Shown in pieces: positions 1 through 11,900 of a stretch of 64,000 nucleotides of DNA (the stretch's first letter is position 1; each line of letters begins with the position of its first letter). Origin of the DNA: Heterodontus francisci (lineage: Eukaryota); assembly GCF_036365525.1 (NCBI RefSeq), contig NC_090416.1, positions 14,790,945 to 14,854,944 of the forward strand. Reading direction: 5' to 3'. A program made the translations under genes and the position numbers. A model generated the notes under the pieces. The model saw nothing but the letters and a program-made list of their open reading frames with translations. It had not been told where the DNA came from and made no database searches.

Positions 1-42
1 TTAAGCACCTTGACTGGTCGGAAATTAAAATTGTAAAATAAA
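1..42 (+). other. End of candidate secretory terminal exon and poly(A) signal of the upstream type C copy
   Basis: LSTLTGRKLKL-TAA(34-36)-AATAAA(37-42); aligns with 34094-34135. Confidence 0.4.
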
Positions 43-304
43 ACTTCAATTTCCAGTTAACCACTTTCTCCCTCCATGCCTATGTGTTGTTACCTATATT
101 ACATCGAATTTCCAGCACTCAAATAGACCATTCGGCCCACTGGTCTGTGCTGATGTTTATGCCCCACATATACCTGCTCTCATTCCCTCTTCACCTCATC
201 CTATCAACAGATCCTTCCAATCTTTTCTCCTTCATGTGTTTATCCAGATTCCCCTTAAATGCATCTATGTTATTTACCTCCGCCAGTCCCTGTGGTAGCG
301 AATT

Positions 305-1250
305 CAGCAATAGAGATTCCATGACATTGCTGTGTGTGTTCTATAGGCCACCGTCTATTGGGAAAGGTATAGAGGAACAAATCCGCAAGGAAACGAGAGA
401 GGTGCAAATACTAGAGGGCAGAGGGGGGAAGAGTTTCTACAGTGTATTCAGGAGCATTTTCTCGATTAGTATGTTTCTAGTCCAACCAGGAAGGAGGCAC
501 TTGTGGATTTGGTTCTGGGGAATGATCTGGGACAAGTGCATTAAGTGTCAGTCGGGGAACATTTTGGAGGCAGTGATCATTATATCAATAAGGTGTAGTT
601 TAGCTATGGAAAAGGGCAAGGAGCAATCCAGAGTGAAAATAATTAATTGGTGGAGGGCTAACTTCAACGGGGTGTGAATCAAAAGTAGGCAGGCAAAACT
701 GTAATGGAACATTGGGCTGACTTCAAAGAGGAGATGGTTCGGGTCCGGTCTCGGTAGATTTGCATGAGGCAGTTAGGTAGGACAAACAAATGCAGAGCTC
801 CTGGATAATGACAATGGTAGACATCAAATAGAAAGGGTGCATCGGACAGAAGAAAGGTGAAAATACAATTGAGAATCAGGTTGAACACAGGAAGTTCAGA
901 GGACAGGTGATAAAGGAAATGAGAGAAGCAAAGAGAGAATATGAGAAGAGACTGGCAGCCAAAAAGGGTATCTGAAAGTCTTCTGTATATAAACAGTAAA
1001 AGAGTGGGAAAAGGAGGAGTGGGGCCGATTATGGCTCAAAAACAGATTCATGCATGGAAACAGAGGGCAAGGTTGAGATGCTAAGTGAATACTTTGTATC
1101 TGTCCTGACTAAGAAAGAAGATGCTGCCCCAAGTCATGGTGGAAGTGGAGGCAATTGAGACAATGTATTGGCTACAAAAAAGTGATAAAAAGGTGTTATT
1201 AGATAGGCTGGCTGGACTTAAAGTTGATAAATCTCCAGGACCGGATGAGA
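305..1250 (+). mobile_element. Decayed CR1-clade LINE ORF2 fragment (endonuclease and linker)
   Basis: TLLCVFYRPP, frameshifted LDLVLGN-type motif, INWWRANF, LKVDKSPGPD; duplicate at about 34400-35395. Confidence 0.8.
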
Positions 1251-1771
1251 TTTGCTTTATCTTTCCATGGGATGTGCTTGTCACTGGCAAGGACAGCATT
1301 TGTTGCCCATCCCTAATTATCCATGAGCTGAATGGCTTGTTCGGCCATTTCAGAGTGAAACACATCATTGTGGGTCTGGAGTCACATTTCGGCCAGACCA
1401 GGTAAGAACGGCAGATTTCCTTCCTCAGGACCTGAGTGAACCAAGTGGGGTTTTTACAACAATCGATGATAGTTTCATGGCAGCATTACTGAGACGAACT
1501 TTCAATTGCAGATTGTGATTCATTAATTGAATTTAAATTCCACCAGTTGCCATGGTGAGATTTGAACCCCTGTCCCTGGACACTAGCCTGGACGTCTCCA
1601 GTACCAATCCAGTGACATTACCTTTATGCCAACATCTCCTCCAAAATGCTTCCAAACATACTAAGGGAAGTAAAGTTGGAAATTGCGGAGGCACTGGCCA
1701 TAATCTTCAGTCTGTGGGCAGGTATATACGAGTACAGATACACAAATCGCTGAAAGTATAGATTTATCATT

Positions 1772-1783
1772 ATCTATCTATCC

Positions 1784-1835
<52 letters not shown>
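1772..1835. repeat. (TCTA)n microsatellite
   Basis: Direct reading. Confidence 0.95.
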
Positions 1836-1837
<2 letters not shown>

Positions 1838-2169
1838 GTCAATCTTTCTTTATTATGGCTCTTTCCATCCCTATCTCTATCTATATCACTCTCTCCATCT
1901 GTTTCTCTGTCATTCTCTATCTCTGTCTCATTCGCTCTATCTATCTTCAGCTGTGTAAATGCGTTCCACTTCTCTAACGATTTTCAGCAATTAAAAAAAA
2001 AATGGCTCTGAGGATGTGGGTGACCCTGGCAAGACTGGCATTTCCGCTGCAGCCCTATCTGCCCTGACTAGGCGGTGGCGGGATCTCCCTGAATCTTCTC
2101 CAAGAGCCAAAAGGCTTGGGCGGTTGGATTTCTTTTCAAATAAAGCTTTTTTCTTTTCTCTCCCTGCAG

Positions 2170-3021
2170 AGTCTCCGCTGCACACCTCCTGTGGTTTGAT
2201 TTACGGGAGTTTGTCGTCGGCGGCGGCGCTTCTCCTTCTCGGGATGGTTGTGTTCACCGCAGGAAGAAGCTGCAGGAAGCGGCAGTCAGGTACCGATTGT
2301 CGGGAGGCGCTGCAACTCCGTGGCGCTCCCAATCCATCCATTTATTATTGTGTTATTTGCTCTTTACACGTTAGCGGACTGGTTCAATGTGAAATGTGGA
2401 CATTTAGACTCAGTTTAAGTTCCTCTTTCTATCAGGCAACATGAACAGTGATGAGGAACTGCCGGATTCCAGACCACGTGCACAAGAAAAGGAGGGAAAT
2501 ATGAATGAAATTGCTACGATTACCTTTCACTGACTTTTTATCCAATTTTAAGATTCATAGTTATTGTCACTGAGTCTCGAAACTTCGTATAACAAGGGGG
2601 GCAGAACCTTAAAATTCGAGCCAGGCTGTTCAAGGGGTGATATCAGGAAGCACTTCTTCACACAAAGGGGAGTGGGAATCTGGAACTCTCTCTCCCAAAA
2701 AGCTGTTGAGGCTGGGGGTGGAGGGGGTGGGGGAGGGGGAGGAGGAAGGGGGTGGGGGTGGGGGATGGTCAATTGAAAATGTCAACATTGATATTGATAG
2801 CTTTTTTCGGGGAAGCGCATTAAGGGTTACACAATCAAGGTGGGTAGATGGAATTAAGATGCAGATCAGCCAAGATCTAATTGAATGGTGGAATAAGCTC
2901 GAGGGGCTGAATGGCCGCCTCCTGTACCTCTGATGATGGTGTGGATCATGTTAGTGGTTTCTGTTTTCTCTCATAGACTCTTTATGCTCGCCTGGCGTTT
3001 CCTGCTGATCCCGCACTCTGA
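2170..3021 (+). CDS. 3' exons (stalk/TM and cytoplasmic) of an upstream type C/B-like gene whose L, V and C1 exons lie before the window
   Basis: TM exon 2170-2289 (ESPLHTSCGLIYGSLSSAAALLLLGMVVFTAGRSCRKRQS); exon 2436-2494 (GNMNSDEELPDSRPRAQEKE) with donor GT changed to GG at 2495-2496; last exon 2977-3021 (TLYARLAFPADPAL*). Near-identical to the B1/B2 exons. Flanking DNA aligns to the region after the type C C1 exon at about 34094 onward. Confidence 0.7.
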
Positions 3022-3539
3022 TTGGACGGGAAACCGAGCGCTCACAGTCAGCTTCCCGGATATGACGTGTGGTAGAATGTTTCCTCTGTTTCGACCTCAT
3101 TTCGATTGCAGCCTGGAAGTGTGAACCCTTGCAAGAGATGTTTAGTTGCCGGTTTAATGCATTGAAACTATAATGAATTATCAGTCAGATGAGAGACTGA
3201 GCGATACAGGACCGATACATTCACCTATTGGAGGGTCTGAACGGCTGACAGAAGCAGCGCACTTCCGAAAACTGAAATTTAAACTTTCACTTCAGCCTGG
3301 ACAGGTTTCTTCTTGCTTGTGTTAGTGTTTTATTTAGTTCATTGTGCATCTTTGTATCGCACGTGAATGGGTTATAATTCAAATGATATTTATAACCCAT
3401 CAGTGTCCAAGTTACAAATACAATAAAAGAACTTTTGAATCCCAAGAGTGAGTTTGGGAATCCAGATGTGCTCAGTGCCTCGCTTCGGCCTATTTACACT
3501 ACACCTCAATAAAGCAAATTCATGGGGTTTCAAAGTGGG

Positions 3540-4010
3540 ACTATGTCGACTAGAATAAGACCAAAATTGCGAGTTTATAACTGTCAGGAAGGACTGAACG
3601 GACTGGGGGTCCTTTCTCGAGAAAAGAGAAGGCTGACGGGTGGCCTGATAGACGCCTTTAAAATTATGAAAGGATCTAATCGTGTGAACGTAGGGAAGAT
3701 GTTTCCACTGGCAGGACTGGAACAGGGGGTCGTCAATATAAGATAGTCACTGATAAATCCAATGGGGAATTCAGGAGAAGCTTCTTAAACCAGAGAGTGG
3801 TGAGAATGTGGATCTCGCTCCCACAGGGAGTGGTTGAGCTGAATAGCAGAGATACATTTAAGGGGAAGCGGGATAAACACATGAGGGACAAAGGAATAGA
3901 CGGATATACTAATAGGGTGAGATGAAGAGGTGGGGGAGGAGGTTCGTGCGGAGCAGAAACACTATCACGGAGCAGCTGGGCCGAATGGTCTGGTTTCTGT
4001 GCTGTAAATA
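3540..4010 (+). mobile_element. CR1-clade LINE 3' fragment
   Basis: LGVLSREKRRLTGGLIDAFKIMKG, typical of the CR1 ORF2 C-terminus; duplicate at about 36780-37225. Confidence 0.75.
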
Positions 4011-5243
4011 ATTTTGAACTTTGTAAAGAGAAGAGACTGGCAGTGACTGGAAGCGGTTTGCTGGCGATGCAACATTATTTGCATCAATAACACAATTTGC
4101 TCCTCACATAAGAAAGACAAGTTAAATGTAAAAGTAACATTCAGGCAATGTTTCACTGAGATGATGTTTTATATTTCAGTTGCACCTTCAATTTCATAAA
4201 CATTACAAAGTTGAGCTTGAGATGGTTTATGAGTTTGTGACAAGACTGGTAACTCCATCCATCCTCCAGGTTTGCAGATCCCTTAATACCCTTTCCCAAC
4301 AAAAGAGCAAACGGACACCAGCCTGAAAATCATTTTTGTGGGAGAGATTTCCAGACTTCCACTCCCCTTTCCTGACCACTCCTGAACGGCCTGGCTCTAT
4401 TGTGAAGGTTCTTCCCCCTTGTTCTGGACTCTCCCCACCAGGGGAATTAACTTCTCTACACCTACCCTGTCAAATCATCTAAAATACCTCATCCCTTAAT
4501 CTTCTTTACTCGATTGAATACAAGCATAGTCCTTGGAACGTGTCTTCATATTTCAACCCTTTCTGCCCCAATATCGTCCTGGTGAATTTAGATCCGCTTT
4601 ATATAACCATGCAATACAATCTACATTCGCATTAACAAAAACAGGATTGTTAAGAGTTCATTCCATTCCTCATGAGATTTATTGGACAGTTTCTGGGAGA
4701 TGGATGTCGATAGAGTCTTTGCCTGGAAATGTTTTTACTGCTCCTGAATCTCATCGTGTTGTATCTGCTGATTCTAGAGTAATCAGAACGGGAAGACTTA
4801 GACTGATCTGACTCTGATGGGTAAAGCACTGTAAGCACACATGGTGTAATACCCTGTCTGACTGAATATCTTATCGCAAAGTTGTGCAAAGCTGGGATTA
4901 AAAAATTAGCAATCAGAGATGGAAAAATACCAAACTCCATTTGGATCGCCTTCTACCATCGAGGTAGTCACATAAATACAACGATTCAACGGTTGCCATG
5001 GCAATGAATCTCTATTAATAAGGTAAACAGGTAAAATGGAAGTAAACACAATTTCCTGCACCTATCCTGAAATGAATAAACCTATCACATCCCTGATAGG
5101 GAAACTCGCCACTGACAGAATCTCTATCCAGGACTGATACTGTCTGTTCAACAGGAATTGAAGATTTCTTCAGATGACATTTAATTATCAGCTAATTATT
5201 GATCAATACAAACCTCTGGTGCATTGTTACAGTCGAAGAATAA

Positions 5244-5254
5244 TTTATTTTATT
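5244..5254 (-). terminator. Candidate poly(A) signals of gene A1
   Basis: Two overlapping AATAAA on the minus strand about 360 bp after the stop; conserved at about 38815-38825 for A2. Confidence 0.45.
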
Positions 5255-5606
5255 TACATACAGGCGTTAGTCAAAAAACACATCCTGTCAGCGACTGGAG
5301 CTACAGGATCAGCAGAAAAGCCTCAGAGAAACTCAAACAGTGAAACGCCTGATATTTTTCTTAATGTTTTTTTTCACATTTGAATTACACTAACACAGTA
5401 AAATAGCCTTAACAACAATCAAAACACGTTATTTTACATTTAACAAAACAAGCCGGACAGTCTTTGTAAACCCTGGCCAGTGCACGGAGACAGTTTAGGT
5501 ATTTGATAGGAGTTTCCTTGGCTCCATTCTTATTTCCGCAAGGCTCTGGGTTCTTTTGCAAATCCTGTCTCCTCCATAATTCACCGGATAGAAACCATCC
5601 TGCTTC

Positions 5607-8600
5607 TTATCTCCGACCCGCCTTCTTTTTTGATCTCTTTTCCAATGCAACAAACTCCAGGGAGGCGTAGGTTGGTCCACCCTGAGACTGGTAAATATAT
5701 TACACATTAATATTCAAAGATAGTTCAAGACAGGTCAAACTATCCAGGTTTTTCTGTGAATCAACCGTGGACTTGGTCTTATTTCTAAAACTTCATAGCA
5801 ATTCCAACGGCTAATGCATCAAAGCAATCCCCGATTGGGTGGGAAGAGGGAGGAAGACGGGAGGCGGGGGAAGGGAGACTAATCTCACTGTCGAGATAAA
5901 CAGAATAAAAATAGCAGAAAGCTGGGAATCTAAAATAGAAACAGAAACTGCTGGAAATCCGCAGTAAAGTGTGACGGAGGCATTACACCGGGATGATTAA
6001 CCCGCCCTTTCCATTATCAGATGGGGAGAGGGCTGTGGGATATGATCTGTTTCTAGATGGAGGGTTTCGACACATATGAAGATGCTCCAGACCGTTACCT
6101 GCTTTGTTAACCATGTGAAATATCCAGGATGAGACATGTGGCACTTTATGCCAAAAAAATCAACTTCCTGTATATTGTGCAAACAGTTTCACTGAGCTTA
6201 CCTGTTTTGCACCCTGATGAGTTCGCCTCGCCTCTGTTTGTCGGATGTCATCTGTGTATTAATGATTAAGATATGCAGTGAAATATTATCCCAGTCCTGA
6301 TGATCCATAATTAATTACAGAGACACAGTGCGCCAATGATCCGCCACTACACCAATGCCCTCAATGGTCCCCAATACACAATGGTCTCCAATAGACCACT
6401 GGTCCCCAATATGCCAACGGTCCTCATTACTTCAATGTTGCCTCATGACGTCAATGATACCCGAATTACGACAATGTTCCCCCATCACGCCAATGATCCC
6501 CCAATGCACCAATGATCCCATTATTTCAGTGTTCCACCAATATGTCAATGACCTCCCAATACGCCAATGGTCCTCACTATGTCAATGTTCCCCATACGCC
6601 AGTGATCCCTCAATCCGCCAATGCCCCCCAATAGATGGAATCGAATGACCTACCGCCAGTGTCCGGTTTCTATTGTCCATCCGATACATTATTGCCAGTT
6701 TTAATAATCAACAATTAGCCTTATATTGTGGGACTAACAGAGGGGAGAGCGGTTGAGAACATTTTGATGGCGGGAAATGTACTTAATTGATCCTTTAGCT
6801 TTCCCGCCTTTGATATTCAATCCACACCAACATTTGAATCCAACTCACCCGATCGTCGCTGATTCCTTTCGCCTCTTTGCGTTCTCTCTCTCAAGCTAAA
6901 ACTGTATGCGGACAAAAACATCAAACAAGTGTTACTTCTTGTGAATGCTGGTTCACGTGCTAGAAATAGTAAGAGAATTGTGAAGTGGTCTTAGAATCAA
7001 TCTCAAAAGAATGCAGAAAATATAAACATATACCATTGGATTGGGTGTTGGGTTTTAACTGGCTTTGACACAGTGTGAAATACAGTGAGACTGTTAATGA
7101 TGAATTTTACAAATGGTTCAGTTACTCACTTTTCATTGTGGCCTCTCCTGACTCGTTCTTCTGAAACAATAAAGTGTAATTAGCATTTCAAACTGCGAGA
7201 AGGGAATCACATTGAACAAGCAATTCTTAAAATATACCGAAAAGGCATTAATTCCTCACCTGATCTGCCTCTTTTATGAATCCAAATGGAAATGAGGATC
7301 AAGAATAGAACCAGGATCACGGCTCCGGTTATGGCAGCGGGAACGGTCAGCTTGCACGGTTCTACAGAGACAAAACACTTAGAAACTGCTGCTCGGTTAA
7401 AAGGCATTCTTTTCTGGGATTCTCTGATGGGAAACTTGACCCAGTCAGAATCTCGCGGTGTGAAATAAAGAAAAAAAACCACCAATGGGACCGATATTCG
7501 GCGAGTGAAGCCACAGAATGGGATAAGTTTCATAAAGTTTGATAGTTGAGGTCATTTGACAGGCAGCACTGTCAGTATAATGTATAATGTACCACGATTC
7601 CAAAACATGAACACAAACTTTTATTTGAAAACTGAGTCATAGAATCATACAGCACAGGAGGAGACAATTCGGCCCATCGTGCCTATGCTCGCCATTTGAA
7701 TGAGCTATCCAATTAATTCCAATACACCCCTAGCTCTTTCCCCCACAGTTCTGTTAATATTATTCCTGCAAGTATTTATCCAATTTCCTTTTGAAAGTTA
7801 CTATCGAATCTGCTTCCACAGCCGTTACAGGCAGCGCGTTCCAGATCACAACAACTCACTGTGTGAAAAACATTCTCCTCATCTCCCTCTGGTTCTTTTG
7901 CCAGTGATCTTAGATCTGTGTCCCTCTGGTTAATGACCCTCCTGCCACTAGAAACAGTGTTTCCTTATTTACTCTAACAAAACCCTTCATGATTTTGAAT
8001 ACCTCTATGACATCTCCTCTTAACCTTCTCTGCTGTAATGAGAACAATCCCAGCTTCTCCAGTCTCTCCACATTAACTGAAGTCCCTCATCCCTGGGAGC
8101 ATTCTAGTAAATCTCCTCTGTCTTAAGACTTTTGAAATCCTTGATAAAGTGTGATGCACAGAATTGAAGACAATCTTCCAGCTGGGGCCCGACCAGTGAT
8201 ATATAAAGTACAACATTCTCTTGTGCTCGATTCCTCTATTAACAAAGCCAAGGATCCAATATGTCATTTAACAGCCATTTCAACTTGTCCCTGTCAGCTT
8301 CAAGATTTCTGTCCATGCACCCATGTGCTTTATCAGTGTTAAACTCGAACAGTTTCTGACAAGCGAATTTCAGGAAGTCTCATAACTTGAGGTCAATGTT
8401 ATTTCCCATTGCTGAAATCACAAAGCAAAGTTAAAATTACAACCAATTTGACGAGGAAACCGGGATATGATAAAGGAAACGGGTGGAAATGAGGGAGCAT
8501 CTCATCCCAGCATTCGCTTCCATTTTACCAACAATTCCATCTCTTCACTGCTTTCTGCTCCTAAAACGGGTTCAGTGTAGAATTTAACTCAAATCCAATC

Positions 8601-10123
8601 CAAGATCCACTTTCTGAAAGGAAGCAGATGCAACAATAACTTTCAGAAGGGAATCGAATGATTGCTGGAAGGGGATAATTTTGCAGGGCTATGGGGAAAG
8701 GGTGGGACTAATAAGATAGCTCTTTGCGAGGTTCGGCATAAGTATGATGGGCCGAATGCGATCTCTCTGCTCTGTATCATTCTATCATTCCAAGTTGACA
8801 CACAGAAATCTAAACTCAGCCCAGAAAGTATTTCCAAGAACAGATCTCCATCTGGGACAGAGAATGACCGTAACTTCTACCAACATATTTGAACAGACTG
8901 AACACACTATTTGTCCTGATATGTTTCTATATGAATGTTTGTCCCGTGCAGATGTTTGATTTACAGACTGCAGGCGCTTAGAAGCTAGTGAACTCCTTCA
9001 ACTGACGCTAAAGCTGAATACAAGCCTTCATTGTACAAATCTCCAACTCACCTGACACTGCTTTGGAGATGGAAACGCTCTTTGTCCAGGATTTTCCCGG
9101 AGACCCCAGTTCAGCAATACAAGTACAGACACCGCCGCTTCTCCGGCTTTCCCCCGACACCATGACGTGACTTCTGATGCTGTAGGTCCCGTCCGGCTGC
9201 ATTGTACCGGAATCGCTCCGTCCCTCGGTGAGCTGGCCGGAGATGTTCCAGAAAATAACAATCTGCTTGGAGGAAACGCCACTGACCAGACACACTAAGG
9301 GGACGGTTTCCCTCAAATGCAGCTCACCGGGCGGGACAAATACCAGCAGCGCCGTCTTGTCAGTGGAACTGTCTGGACACAGATTGGTACACAGTTAACG
9401 ATTAATTTGCACCAAATGATAATGCTGTGCATGATCTGGATTCAATTTTCTCACTCTCTTACCTCCAACCAGTAGTGTGGGTCCATTCTGGAGCGGTGCA
9501 TAGCCATCCCTATCAGCACAGTAGTAGGACCCGGAGTCATTCACCTGGACATTGCGGATTTCCAGTATCAATTCATACTTGCTGTTGCCTTTTTTAGAAG
9601 TAAATTTACAATCGGTCGCCTCACAGGGTGGGATATCGATTAGTCTCGGGGCTTCACCCACAAGCTGCTTGTACCAGAAATAGCTAGTCACTACTTCCAC
9701 TTCGTAAGGTTGGTGACAGGTTAGTTCCACCGGCTGACCGACTTCAGCTGTCACTGTGAAGGGACTCTGAGACAGAAAGGGCCCGGATCCTGCAACTACA
9801 GAGATTATTGTAACATTACAGCTGATTATTGAGAGATGGAAAGAAGCCGCTTTGAAACACATCGCCTAGAATTGAAGAACAACCTCATTATTGCTTTTAG
9901 ATCTTGTTGACTTGATTTAATCTCCAATTTTCATTTTCTTCGCTTTATAAGAGGAGCGGAAAGTAAACTAATATTATCAGGCCCAATCCCTTCACCGGAT
10001 AACTCGGTCACATTTTCACCTCACTGAACACTGACTCTGACTGATTCCATTTAAGAATTCTCACTCACCGTAAATCCAGAGCACTTGGAATATAAGCAAC
10101 AGAGAAAAATCTTCTCTGAACAT
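5607..10123 (-). CDS. Type A non-rearranging VJ-C1-TM Ig-superfamily receptor, copy A1 (341 aa, ITIM-like tail)
   Basis: 8 exons with GT-AG sites and consistent phases: leader 10123-10069 (MFREDFSLLLIFQVLWIY), V 9795-9463 (C..WYKQ..DSGSYYC..LQNGPTLLV), C1 9372-9052 (LVC..FWN..DGTYSIRSH..VCTC), stalk/TM 7361-7260 (EPCKLTVPAAITGAVILVLFLILISIWIHKRGRS), cytoplasmic 7160-7130, 6901-6849, 6251-6202 and 5687-5607 (SQGGPTYASLEFVALEKRSKKKAGRR*). Sum 1026 nt, open frame. Exon sizes are identical in copy A2. Confidence 0.85.
6325..6650. repeat. Degenerate ~20-bp CCAATG-based minisatellite in an A1 cytoplasmic intron
   Basis: Repeated ccaatg(a/g)tccc..; longer array at about 39905-40400. Confidence 0.8.
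7640..8270 (-). mobile_element. CR1-clade LINE 3' fragment in the C1-TM intron of A1
   Basis: QRRFTRMLPGMRDFS; the duplicate at about 41380-42000 reads ERLEKFGLFTLQQRRLRGDVIEVFKIMKG. Confidence 0.75.
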
Positions 10124-11339
10124 CCTGAGGCCGGAGCCGGGGTGAGGTCTCCCCGTGCTCGCTCTCAACAGTTTGTTTGTGCAGGCGGAGTGGGCGCCGA
10201 TTGACCTGAGCCCAGTCAAAGTGAGTTGCGCCTCTTCAGATGCGGTGGAAAATGTGACGAGCTATGGAAAGTATGACACCATTTTGGGTGCAGGGTCCTG
10301 GTGGATCTCACATCTCAGACATTTGACCCACTGTGGTCAGCGCCTGCGCGTCACATCGGCCAATTGGCAGAATGGCTATAAATAGCTTCACTAGATTGTC
10401 CTCCAGACAGGGTGGCAGAAAGCTAATGGTGTGAATTTCGGCATTTATCATTCTGCTGAATATTATTTTTGCAGTTAATGCTTAATTCATTCTCGGAGAC
10501 CAGGCGGCGATGGCATCACCAGTTGCCCCTTGAGAAGCTGGTGGTGAGCTGCCGTCCAGAACCACTGCAGTGATCAAGGTATATCCACAGTGCTGTTAGG
10601 AAGGGAGTTCCAACATTTTGACCCAGCGACAGTGAAGGAACGGCGATATATTTCCAAGTCAGGATGGTGTGTGACTTGGAGGGGAACTTGAATGTGGTGG
10701 TGTTCCATTGCATCTGCTGCCCTTGTCCTTCTAGCTGGTGGAGGTCAAGGGTCTGGGAGGTGAAAGCCAGGAGTACAGAATGTAATCCAATATAGTGTAT
10801 TCTCTCAAGAGGTTGTACAACATCCTTGAAATAGCTGTTTGCACCGAGACTGGAAACTGATGGATGAAGCTGTGTTACTGGTCTGTTATTACTCACAACA
10901 CTGGAGAGACGGAGAGTTAACGTGGAATTCTAATGGGACAAACATGTTCATTCATTGCACTTTTCTAGAATCTGAATGAATGATTCTCTTTTAAATTCAG
11001 TCCGACCATTTGAACATTCCATGCATCTCCCTCCTTTCTGTTAAGTCTCATTATTAGGTTTCCACAGACTGCATCTATGGTAGAAAACATCAATGGGGCT
11101 TCACCGATATTAAATGTTCTGAATTCATTGTTTAATTCTATTTACTAATGGTTTGTGGATGGACTCGGAAAAGGCAGTTTCAAACACGGATGGTAATGTT
11201 ACACAGTATATTTTAATCTCGGGGTGTTTGCAACTGTTCACTGCACAGTTATGACTTCTTTGCAATAGATGTTCAGCTCCTTTGATGTTACAGTACAACA
11301 ACTGCTACAACAACAATAACAACTTATATTTATAAGAAT

Positions 11340-11900
11340 CACATAGAATTTTACAGCACAGAAGCGGGCCTCACGGACCATCGCTGTTGGCTATGCTCCA
11401 CACTAGCCTACTTCCACCGCCTCTTTATCTCACCCTATCAGCATATCCTTCTATTCCTTCCTCCCTCATGTGTTCATCCAGCTTCCCCTTCAATGTATCT
11501 CTGCTATTCCCCTCAACAACTCCATGTGAAAGCGAGTTCCACATTCTCCCCACTCTTTGGGTAAATCCTGTCGTCACCATTGGATTTATTAGTGTCTATC
11601 TTATATTGATGGCCCCTAGTTCTGGTCTCTCCTACAAGTGGAAACATTTTCTCTACGTCTACCCTCTTGAGCACTTTCAGAATTTTAAAGACCTCTATCA
11701 GGTCATCTCTCAGCTTTCTCTTTTCTAGAGAAAAGATCCACAGTCTTTTTAATCTTTCCTGACAATTGTAACCTTTTAGTTCTTGTATCATTCTCGTAAA
11801 TATTGTCTTTTCCTTCTCCTGTGCCTCAATATCATTATTTATAATATGGGAGCCGGAACTGTGCTCAGTAAATCCAAGTGTGGTCTAAGCAAGGTTCTAT
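11340..11900 (-). mobile_element. CR1-clade LINE 3' fragment
   Basis: ERLKRLWIFSLEKRKLRDDLIEVFKIL; duplicate at about 45120-45680. Confidence 0.75.

Noticed and set aside
84-677. 197-aa ORF and many other 60-170 aa ORFs
   Set aside because: Composed of decayed CR1/SINE sequence or microsatellites; not host genes.
2713-2765. Poly-Pro/poly-Gly ORFs and G-quadruplex-like tract
   Set aside because: G-run expansion inside a LINE fragment; not conserved in the homologous copies.
6325-6650. CRISPR-like array or Pro/Gln/Cys-rich ORFs (6355-6648, 40043-40452)
   Set aside because: Eukaryotic degenerate minisatellite without unique spacers; the ORFs are by-products of the repeat.
10155-10385. ORF conserved in both units (also 43921-44244)
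   Set aside because: Non-ATG start, different stop positions and no domain motifs; it overlaps the presumed 5' UTR/promoter of gene A, which explains the conservation.
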